From a virus (Duplodnaviria; Caudoviricetes): a stretch of 64,000 bases of DNA. Below the pieces are notes generated by a model, which did no database searches, had not been told where the DNA came from, and saw only the letters and a program-made list of their open reading frames with translations. Each line of letters starts with the position of its first letter. Positions within the stretch are counted from its first letter, which is position 1. A program made the position numbers and the translations under genes. The stretch is taken from IMG/VR virus record IMGVR_UViG_3300028412_000003; one strand, given 5' to 3'. Positions 56,272-64,000 of the stretch are shown one piece after another.

Positions 56272-58358
56272 TGGCATATGAAATTGAATTTACAGATGTA
56301 GCCAACAAAGGTACAATTTCGATTGAAGACAATACAATCAATCAAGAACTTAGTATTGGTTTAGTTGGAAGAAGAAATACCAGCTTCGGCGCAGTCATTG
56401 CAGAAAATTCTCTTCAAATGTTAGAACATTTTGCATCCGATGAATCACCTAATAATCCTATTGAGGGACAACTTTGGTATGACACAAGTATTGGATCCGA
56501 ACAACTTAAAGTTTATAATGGAACTAATTGGGTTGGTGCAGGTGGACTTAAAAAAGCAACGACTGAACCCGATGTAAGTTCTTCGGTTGCAGGAGATTTA
56601 TGGGCAGATACAGATAACCAACAGCTTTATTTGTTTACTGGATCTGGCTGGTTATTAGTTGGTCCTCAATTTTCCGAAGGATTAACGACAGGGGCTAATC
56701 CAACAACTTTAACTGATACAGGTAATATTAATCATACAGTAATTGAGATTATAGTTGATGCTCAAACAGTTGGAATTATAGCAACCGATCAGTTTATTCC
56801 AAAAACGGCTATAGCTGGATTTAGTACAATTAAACCAGGTATCAATCTTTCTAATTTAGACGTAACAGGAGATGGGGTAACTAAGTTTCGAGGAACAGCT
56901 GAACAAGCAGAAAATTTGGTAATTGTTAATGAAACGATTGCAGCTTCAAATTTCTTAAGAAGTGATGTAGTTTCAACTACAAATAACACTTTTAGAATTA
57001 AAACAAACAGCGGATTAGTACTTGGTTCTTCTTTGCCTCTTAGCATAAGTATTGAAGGAGAAGCGGCAGTACTTACTCATAATACAACCGGTTCAAATAT
57101 TGATTTTCGTATTAATGATAATGGTACAGTTAAGACTGCAATTAGAATTAATTCAGACACAACGGTTGGTATTAACAATTCAAATCCTGAAGAATCATTA
57201 GACGTAGTTGGAAACATACAAACCGATTCATCTATAATTGTAAACGGAATTACTCAAAGTTCTACATTTGGAACCGGCGCAATTGTTACAAGAGGTGGGG
57301 CCGGCATTGCTAAAAACTTAAATGTAGGGGGAACATCTAGATTAATTGGTACTACTACTTTAGCAGACGCAATACCAGATACAGTAACAACTTCTACAAA
57401 TAGAGATTTAGGTTCAACATCTGCAAAATGGAATAACGTTTATGCGAATAATTTTCGTGGTAACTTAGTTGGAAACGTAACCGGTACAGTTTCAGGCAGA
57501 TCAGGGTCTGCAGATAAATTAACTTCATCTACTAATTTTAGATTGTCAGGTGATGTTAGTGCTCCGGAATTTATATTTGATGGCCAGACCGGCGGAACCA
57601 CTAAAACCTTTACTACAACCATAAGTAATACCTTTATATCAAATAAAACAGGAGTAACATCTTCGTTAATCGATGACGAAATATTAATTAATCGCGTATC
57701 TGGAACAACAGGATTATTTCGAATAAGTAGAGCTAATTTGTTTTCTTCTATTCCAACTAATCCCCCGGGAATGATTGTTCCTTATGGTGGAGCAACAGCT
57801 CCACCGGGTTGGTTCTTATGTGACGGAGCAGAATACAGCCAGGTTACATATTCTAATCTATTTAACGTTATCGCTTTTAATTTTAAAGATCCTCTATTAA
57901 TATCAGATGGCGGAGTAACATTATTTGGCATACCAGATTTACGTGGAAGATTTCCATTAGGTCTTGATGATATGGGAACAGATGAAGGTGCAGCTAACAG
58001 AAATACTTCAAATGCAGCAGACTCAATAGGAGCAAGCGAAGGAAATGAATCAAAAGATATTACCACTGCTAATTTACCAGAACATGAACACGATCTACGA
58101 GCTCCAAACGGAGATCAATTTTATGCTATAGCAGATATTGCAATAAGTGGTAGTTCGGATCCAACTGCTATATCGTATGATGCTCCAACCGGTACTAGTG
58201 CAGGTTCGTCTATTGCAACTTCTGGAGGAATTCTAGAAGGAGGATTAACAGGTAACAGTGATTACCGTTCAGTTGATGGAGAATCACTTGGATCAAAACT
58301 TGATGTTATGAACCCGTACCAAACAGTTAATTATATCATCTATCATGGGGTAACATAA
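56271..58358 (+). CDS. Tail fibre with phage tail-collar domain (695 aa)
   Basis: PPGMIVPYGGATAPPGWFLCDG...Y..LF.VI...F.IPDLRGRFPLG and C-terminal MNPYQTVNYII. Confidence 0.85.
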   Translation: MAYEIEFTDVANKGTISIEDNTINQELSIGLVGRRNTSFGAVIAENSLQMLEHFASDESPNNPIEGQLWYDTSIGSEQLKVYNGTNWVGAGGLKKATTEPDVSSSVAGDLWADTDNQQLYLFTGSGWLLVGPQFSEGLTTGANPTTLTDTGNINHTVIEIIVDAQTVGIIATDQFIPKTAIAGFSTIKPGINLSNLDVTGDGVTKFRGTAEQAENLVIVNETIAASNFLRSDVVSTTNNTFRIKTNSGLVLGSSLPLSISIEGEAAVLTHNTTGSNIDFRINDNGTVKTAIRINSDTTVGINNSNPEESLDVVGNIQTDSSIIVNGITQSSTFGTGAIVTRGGAGIAKNLNVGGTSRLIGTTTLADAIPDTVTTSTNRDLGSTSAKWNNVYANNFRGNLVGNVTGTVSGRSGSADKLTSSTNFRLSGDVSAPEFIFDGQTGGTTKTFTTTISNTFISNKTGVTSSLIDDEILINRVSGTTGLFRISRANLFSSIPTNPPGMIVPYGGATAPPGWFLCDGAEYSQVTYSNLFNVIAFNFKDPLLISDGGVTLFGIPDLRGRFPLGLDDMGTDEGAANRNTSNAADSIGASEGNESKDITTANLPEHEHDLRAPNGDQFYAIADIAISGSSDPTAISYDAPTGTSAGSSIATSGGILEGGLTGNSDYRSVDGESLGSKLDVMNPYQTVNYIIYHGVT

Positions 58359-60193
58359 TGAGTTATAGATTAAACAGAACAGACGGAACACTTTTAGTTG
58401 ATCTTATTGACGGAGAAATTGATACAGATTCAAGCGATTTAATATTTGTTGGAAAAAATTATAAAGGTTGGGGAGAACAATTTAATGAGAATTTTATTGC
58501 TCTACTTGAAAATTTTGCTAATTCGGCAGCACCAACCAAACCACTAGAAGGTCAGCTTTGGTATAATACTAGTTCTGGTAGACTTGAAGTTTATGATGGC
58601 GCAGGTTTTAAAGCAGCCGGTGGCCCGTCTGTTCAAAGTACCTTCCCAAATAATCCAGTAGCAGGCGACCTTTTTATTAATACGCAAGATAATCAGTTAT
58701 TTTTCTACGATGGTAATTTGTGGACATTAGTAGGACCATTGTGGACTACAGGACAAGGTAAAACAGGTTTTGAAACTTCTTCAATCCTTGATATTCTTGG
58801 ACGATCACGAGTAATATTAAGACAGTTTATCCAAGGAACTCTTGTAGGAATATGGAGTAATACTTCTTTTACACCTAGATCGGGAGCAGAGATTACAGGA
58901 ATATCATCACCTATATTAAAAGGATTTACTCCTGTAGATGAAGATACTTTTGAATTTAACGGAACAGCACTTAACTCAAGAAATTTGATAGATAATGTAG
59001 GCACGGTTCGTAATTCTTCATCATTTCTACCTGCAGATAGTGACGGTGTTACAGTTGGTACTTTAACGATACAAAACACAGGTGGCCTAACTATTGGTAC
59101 CGCACAAAATAATGTTCAAAAAATAGTAGGAACCACTGTTGTTACAGAGATGGGTCTATTAGATAATGATTATAAGATTCGGGTTCGCTCTAGTAATTTT
59201 GGATCTCTTTTGGTTGATGCAATAGTAGTTGATGCTTCGACTGGTAGAATTGGTATATTTGAATCAAATCCTGCTTACACTCTTGACGTTGATGGAGATG
59301 CAAGAATAAGTGGTAATCTAATAGTAGAAGGATCTACTACAAATATTGATGTTGCTACCCTACAAGTTCAAGATAAGAATATTGAACTTGCTATTACTTC
59401 TGATAGTACATTATTAGATGATGTAGATGTAGACGGTGGCGGCATTATATTAAGAGCGTCAGGTAGAGAAAAAACATTAACATGGAGTAATGCAAACACA
59501 GCGTGGACTTCGAGTGAAAATTTTGACTTAGATGCAAGCCGTACTTATAAAATAGACGGAACAACAGTTCTTTCTTCCACTGCTATAGGTACTGGGATTA
59601 CATCAGCAGACGGATTGACTTCGATCGGTACATTAGACGAACTTGATGTAGATAGTATTAATTTAAATGGTGTAACTATAACTTCAACTGGTTCGGGATT
59701 AAACCTTATTTCAGCTGGTACTATAACAGTTAATTCTCAAAAAATAACAGGAGTATCAACACCAACGGTTCCAACAGATGTAGTTAACAAATCTTATGCA
59801 GATTCTTTAATTTCTAGTAATCCGGTTTATCTCAGTCTTGATATTTCAGGATTGTCAAACGCACAAATTGCTACAGTTATTGAATCTCTTGTTTCAGCAT
59901 CAACTAAAACAGAAGGCACTGTAGCAAAGATAGTAACTACTTCGTTCTCAGGAACCACTGTTACTGGTATTGTAATTGACGTGGCTGTGTCACCGGCAAC
60001 TACAGAAGTGCTTGAAATTTCAAGAGTTGCAGTTGATTCAAATGGAACACAAAATGAATCCGTGATACAGGATATTGCGGCAAATAATACAGCTTCGGGT
60101 AATGTTACCCTTACTACTACTCGTGGATTAAAACAATTTACGGTAAGCAGCGGCGCATGGACTTTTGACCAAGACCTGCCAACAGGGCTGTGA
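58358..60193 (+). CDS. Tail fibre/baseplate protein (611 aa), N-terminal paralogue of its neighbours
   Basis: Shared DG.ID....L..VGKNY.G.GE..NENF..LLENF...P..GQ.WY module. Confidence 0.7.
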   Translation: MSYRLNRTDGTLLVDLIDGEIDTDSSDLIFVGKNYKGWGEQFNENFIALLENFANSAAPTKPLEGQLWYNTSSGRLEVYDGAGFKAAGGPSVQSTFPNNPVAGDLFINTQDNQLFFYDGNLWTLVGPLWTTGQGKTGFETSSILDILGRSRVILRQFIQGTLVGIWSNTSFTPRSGAEITGISSPILKGFTPVDEDTFEFNGTALNSRNLIDNVGTVRNSSSFLPADSDGVTVGTLTIQNTGGLTIGTAQNNVQKIVGTTVVTEMGLLDNDYKIRVRSSNFGSLLVDAIVVDASTGRIGIFESNPAYTLDVDGDARISGNLIVEGSTTNIDVATLQVQDKNIELAITSDSTLLDDVDVDGGGIILRASGREKTLTWSNANTAWTSSENFDLDASRTYKIDGTTVLSSTAIGTGITSADGLTSIGTLDELDVDSINLNGVTITSTGSGLNLISAGTITVNSQKITGVSTPTVPTDVVNKSYADSLISSNPVYLSLDISGLSNAQIATVIESLVSASTKTEGTVAKIVTTSFSGTTVTGIVIDVAVSPATTEVLEISRVAVDSNGTQNESVIQDIAANNTASGNVTLTTTRGLKQFTVSSGAWTFDQDLPTGL

Positions 60194-60195
60194 TG

Positions 60196-60202
60196 ATAAA
60201 TA
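60196..60202 (+). promoter_or_regulatory. Late promoter ATAAATA
   Basis: 25 nt upstream of the ATG at 60227. Confidence 0.65.
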
Positions 60203-60226
60203 TTACCAGCTAGGGGTTAAAACAAT

Positions 60227-61708
60227 ATGGCATATCAGGTTAATAGATACGATAATACACTAATTACTACGGTTGAAGATGGAACAATTGATCAAACAAC
60301 CGACATAAAGCTTGTTGGAAAGAATTATGCAGGCTATGGTGAGATACAGAATGAAAATTTCTTATTCTTACTTGAAAACTTTTCAGGAGCAAATCAGCCA
60401 CCAAGGGCAGTTTCTGGACAGGTTTGGTTTGATAGTTCAGCAAATAAACTAAAATTTTATGATGGAAATAAATTCCGTACTACTGGAGGTTCTGAAATTT
60501 CAACCTCTGAACCAACTGGATTAACAACCGGTGATTTTTGGTGGGACACAGGAAATGATCAACTTTATGTTTACAACGGAACTGCATTTGTCCTAATTGG
60601 ACCACAAACAGCAGGAGACGGCGTAACCCAAATACAATCGAGAAATATCAAAGATACACTTAATGTTAATCATTCTGTTATTGTTTCTGTTGTTGATGAT
60701 GAAGTTATCCAGGTTATTTCAGCAGACGAATTCACATCAAAACCTGGTGATCCAACAGAGATAGATGGTTTTGATGTAATTAAAAAAGGGTTAACCTTAA
60801 AGAATACAAAAGCAGCAACAAATGGTGTTACAACAACCGATCATGTATATTGGGGAACAAGCTCAAATGCACTAAGATTAGGTGGTGCATTAGCAAGTGA
60901 TTATGTTTTGGCAAATACTGCAAATTTCTCAGCAATCGTTAATTTTGCGGATTCTGGAATTACAATTGGTGATTCACAAGATCTTAAGATTGGTATTGAA
61001 AACGGAAATGAAGGTTATATATCAAATACTGTTGGTGCTTCTAACATTATCAAGCTAAAAGCCAATAATTCAGGAGGAACATTAACTCATTCATTAACAG
61101 TTACCGCAACAGGAATGAATCCTTCGGCTGATTCTACATTTAATTTAGGTACAAGTGGTATAAAGTATGCTACGGTTTATGCTGACGTATTTGATGGCGC
61201 AGCAACTCAAGCAGATACATTAAAAGAAGGTAGTAATTATCGTTCGGGTGATACTAGCGCAACAGCAAATACGGTTGCAGTTCGTACAGCATCCGGAAAT
61301 ATAGCAGCTAATCTTTTTCAGGGTGTTGCAACATCTGCTCGCTATGCAGACTTGGCAGAAAAATATCTTACAAATGGTAACCTCGAACCAGGTACAGTTG
61401 TTGAAGTTTGCTCACACAGTGATCATACAGATCATGAAGTTTGCGAAGCGTGTGGTTTGCATATGCCAGTGGGTGTTGTGTCGACAAATCCAGCAATGAT
61501 GTTGAATAGTGAGGCAGAAGGGCAATATATTGCACTTGTTGGACGTGTTCCGGTTAAAATTTCCGGCGCAGTAAACAAAGGGCAACCCATTTATGCTAGT
61601 CATTCAGGCATCGCTACAGTAAATAAAGCATCATACTTAATTGGTATTGCACTTGAGTCAAACTACGACGATGGTGTTAAATTAGTTGAGTGTGTATTAA
61701 AGGTATAA
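60227..61708 (+). CDS. Tail fibre with C-terminal intramolecular chaperone (peptidase G2-like), 493 aa
   Basis: ARYADLAEKY...GVVSTNPA...IALVGRVPVK..G.V.KG motif. Confidence 0.75.
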   Translation: MAYQVNRYDNTLITTVEDGTIDQTTDIKLVGKNYAGYGEIQNENFLFLLENFSGANQPPRAVSGQVWFDSSANKLKFYDGNKFRTTGGSEISTSEPTGLTTGDFWWDTGNDQLYVYNGTAFVLIGPQTAGDGVTQIQSRNIKDTLNVNHSVIVSVVDDEVIQVISADEFTSKPGDPTEIDGFDVIKKGLTLKNTKAATNGVTTTDHVYWGTSSNALRLGGALASDYVLANTANFSAIVNFADSGITIGDSQDLKIGIENGNEGYISNTVGASNIIKLKANNSGGTLTHSLTVTATGMNPSADSTFNLGTSGIKYATVYADVFDGAATQADTLKEGSNYRSGDTSATANTVAVRTASGNIAANLFQGVATSARYADLAEKYLTNGNLEPGTVVEVCSHSDHTDHEVCEACGLHMPVGVVSTNPAMMLNSEAEGQYIALVGRVPVKISGAVNKGQPIYASHSGIATVNKASYLIGIALESNYDDGVKLVECVLKV

Positions 61709-61712
61709 AAAA

Positions 61713-62603
61713 ATGGCAGTCGGAGATACAATAACCGCGGCGCGGTATAATAATATACAGGCAAGAATAGCAACTGTTCTAGGAATAGGTTCCGGCACAG
61801 ACGGATACGGACAAACATTAAATAGTTCAACAGTTAGTGTCGGTGCAACAGTTACGGCTCAGGATATGCAAAACTTATATGATGATATGGTTGCAGCTCG
61901 TGTGCACCAAAATGGAACTATTCCAACATCAATTGCAAGTATATCAATAGCAGATGTAATAGCAGAGGATGTTTCAACGGATCCAAATGGTGCAGCTAAG
62001 GGATATGCAGATTTCGAATCATTAATGCCAAATATTGAAACAGATAAGTTTCTTGTAGATGTAACTCAAGCATCTCTTGAATCGGCTATTAGTTCAACAA
62101 GGGTATCGGCTTGGAATGGTACATTAACTCATGAATTTAGCATTACCTTTAATAGTGCAGACGATCGCCGGCATTTTTTTAATGCAGGTGGTGAAATAAG
62201 ACTTACTGCATCATTAACTAGTCCATCGGGATCAAAAAGTACAGATTGGGCAACTATGTTGTCAAATATGGGAATAGTTAAATTAGGTTACACAAATACA
62301 ATTTCAACAGGATCAGGAACTGGGTCTGCTATTGGAAATTATGATTTAACTGGTTCTTATCAAAATATTTTTAATAAAACTGGTTCCGGCCTTTACACCG
62401 AAAATGATTATAACGTTCAAGCTAGGGAAGTCTCTCCGAGTGTAATACAGATTAGAGTTCTATTCCAAGATGATGATACGGGAGATCCAGGAACTGACGA
62501 AAATGTAAGTGGAACATTAACTAGTACCATTCAGCAATATCGTGCAACCGGTATATATGTTGAAGTAGATACACCTTCTTACTCAAACGATACCACTCTA
62601 TAA
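61713..62603 (+). CDS. Virion structural protein (296 aa)
   Basis: Thr/Ser/Gly-rich and beta-rich; follows the fibre genes. Confidence 0.65.
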   Translation: MAVGDTITAARYNNIQARIATVLGIGSGTDGYGQTLNSSTVSVGATVTAQDMQNLYDDMVAARVHQNGTIPTSIASISIADVIAEDVSTDPNGAAKGYADFESLMPNIETDKFLVDVTQASLESAISSTRVSAWNGTLTHEFSITFNSADDRRHFFNAGGEIRLTASLTSPSGSKSTDWATMLSNMGIVKLGYTNTISTGSGTGSAIGNYDLTGSYQNIFNKTGSGLYTENDYNVQAREVSPSVIQIRVLFQDDDTGDPGTDENVSGTLTSTIQQYRATGIYVEVDTPSYSNDTTL

Positions 62604-62614
62604 TACTTTTACGG

Positions 62615-62620
62615 TAAGTA
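62615..62620 (+). promoter_or_regulatory. Late promoter variant TAAGTA
   Basis: Intergenic, upstream of the GGAGG RBS of 62640. Confidence 0.45.
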
Positions 62621-62639
62621 GTTCAGTAGGAGGTTCCTC

Positions 62640-62987
62640 ATGGACGAAAGACTTGAAAAGGCGTTAGAATTTTCTAACTATACTGTCACTTTAAATAATC
62701 AGATACGATTATTAAGTGAAAAATTTGCAGAAAATAATATCTACTATTACGGCGGTGGACAATTTACTGCCACCGAACAACGTATGACTTTTTGTGATAT
62801 GTTGGTTAATAGAGGACTTGAATCTGTTACGTTAATAGACGATAATGGAACACCAATTGATATAACTGATATTTCCCAGTTTCTTCAAGAAATTATGGAT
62901 CTTTATTTTTCATCAACTAACGAATTTAGAACAGAATATGATAAGCTTCGAAAGAATCGCTCAGTTAAAGGAATAACCGAACTGTGA
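62640..62987 (+). CDS. Hypothetical protein (115 aa)
   Basis: ORF with a GGAGG RBS, coupled to the following glycosyltransferase gene. Confidence 0.7.
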   Translation: MDERLEKALEFSNYTVTLNNQIRLLSEKFAENNIYYYGGGQFTATEQRMTFCDMLVNRGLESVTLIDDNGTPIDITDISQFLQEIMDLYFSSTNEFRTEYDKLRKNRSVKGITEL

Positions 62988-63817
62988 GCAAAGGTATATT
63001 AGTTTTTGCTAGGAATAATAGTCAGGTTGATTATGTTAAACAAGCAGTATTTTTGGCAATAAGGGCAAAAGAATATTTAAACTTACCAGTTTCGATAGCA
63101 ACCGATGCAATTGACTATGTTAACACATTTCCAAAAGTTTTTGATCAAATCATTTCTGTTCCGTTTAGAGAAGGCAAATCATTAAAGAGATATCACAATG
63201 GAACACTAGTTCAAAAACAACTTGAATTTAAAAATGATGATAGGGTTAGGGCTTATGACCTAACCCCTTACGACGAAACATTAGTATTAGACACCGACAT
63301 AATAATAGGTGATGACAAATATCTTCATTGCTTTACTCAAATCGAAGATTTGTTGATGTATAAAACAGCATATGACTTGGCAAACTTTCGTGATTATTCA
63401 GAATTTAAATATCTTTATGATGCAGGGATAGATTTCTATTGGGCAACTTGTGTGTTCTTTCGTAAAACTAAAACTAATAAAATCTTTTTTGATCTCCTTC
63501 AACATATACAAGACAACTGGTACCATTACAGAACTATATTCCAAATAAGACAATCTACTTTTAGAAACGACCATGCTTTTAGTATAGGTGTACACATAAT
63601 GAACGGATATCAAAGTGGAAATTTTGCATCAGCTATGCCCGGAAAGTTATTTTACACAGCGGATAGAGATATATTGTGGGAATTAAAGGGCAATCAATAT
63701 TTGTTTCTAATTGAAAAACCAAATTATTTAGGAGAATATACTCCTATCAAATTTAAAGGTACTATACACGTTATGAATAAATTTAGTCTAAGTGATGTGA
63801 TTGATAAGGAAATCTAA
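62984..63817 (+). CDS. GT-A fold glycosyltransferase (GT8-like), 277 aa, GTG start
   Basis: Y..QA..LA.......V...TD, K......PYDETL.LDTD (DxD), NDHAFS, H.MNK. Confidence 0.8.
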   Translation: MSKGILVFARNNSQVDYVKQAVFLAIRAKEYLNLPVSIATDAIDYVNTFPKVFDQIISVPFREGKSLKRYHNGTLVQKQLEFKNDDRVRAYDLTPYDETLVLDTDIIIGDDKYLHCFTQIEDLLMYKTAYDLANFRDYSEFKYLYDAGIDFYWATCVFFRKTKTNKIFFDLLQHIQDNWYHYRTIFQIRQSTFRNDHAFSIGVHIMNGYQSGNFASAMPGKLFYTADRDILWELKGNQYLFLIEKPNYLGEYTPIKFKGTIHVMNKFSLSDVIDKEI

Positions 63818-64000
63818 TGAAAGGATATTTGGTATTAGCTCAAAATTCAGAATATGATTATGTCCTCCAAGCATGTTTATTAGCAATGAGTTTGCATGCC
63901 ACAAATCAAGATCCAAAAATTTCTATTGTAACTGATGATGTTGTACCTTCTAAATATGTTAAATATTTTGATCAGATTATTTCAATTCCTTGGGGGGACA
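63817..64000 (+). CDS. Second GT-A glycosyltransferase, truncated at the window edge
   Basis: MKGYLVLAQNSEYDYVLQACLLAMSL...ISIVTDD...FDQII is paralogous to the preceding gene; TAATG coupling. Confidence 0.7.
   Translation, partial: MKGYLVLAQNSEYDYVLQACLLAMSLHATNQDPKISIVTDDVVPSKYVKYFDQIISIPWGD

Noticed and set aside
4036-63613. Numerous 60-140 aa antisense or alternate-frame ORFs in the track (e.g. 4617-4910, 7167-7463, 14716-14946, 37240-37659, 58705-59079)
   Set aside because: All are nested within long, motif-supported genes and lack RBS or motifs; expected shadow ORFs.
1-64000. Stop-codon reassignment (seen in some jumbo phages)
   Set aside because: Very long ORFs (up to 15 kb) and dense gene packing are obtained with the standard code, and TGA is used as a real stop (gp55, 60193).

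Overview
This window is the virion-morphogenesis core of a large, AT-rich, distantly T4-like (probably jumbo) myovirus. No host genes, tRNA, rRNA, CRISPR array or mobile element were recognised. The minus-strand block (1-22599), read in transcription order, is tape measure, portal (gp20), two candidate core proteins plus a DUF115/Maf-like transferase, prohead protease (gp21), scaffold (gp22), major capsid (gp23), then an array of small adaptor proteins and three very large beta-helix/carbohydrate-binding fibre proteins; the last fibre runs off the left edge. A lone plus-strand tail-assembly-chaperone gene (22673-23545) has a strong -1 frameshift signal extending it to 23760. The minus-strand block at 23786-29604 holds a late sigma factor (gp55), gp47/gp46 nucleases, a Holliday-junction resolvase, a ~400-600 nt GC-enriched, helix-dense non-coding region (candidate large structured RNA) and a basic putative internal protein. 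The plus-strand block (29680-64000) is the baseplate: tube initiator, gp53, hub, gp5 with a lysozyme-like C-terminus, a CHAP/NlpC peptidase, gp25, gp6, a 5035-aa giant protein, tail fibres and glycosyltransferases. T4-type late promoters (TAAATA/TAAGTA core) precede most structural genes, and sigma70-type promoters precede gp55 and gp47. The most notable observations are the candidate large ncRNA, the gp26/gp51-like frameshift, a late promoter inside an RBS-occluding hairpin, and two structured leaders. All family assignments come from motif recognition and synteny, not database searches.
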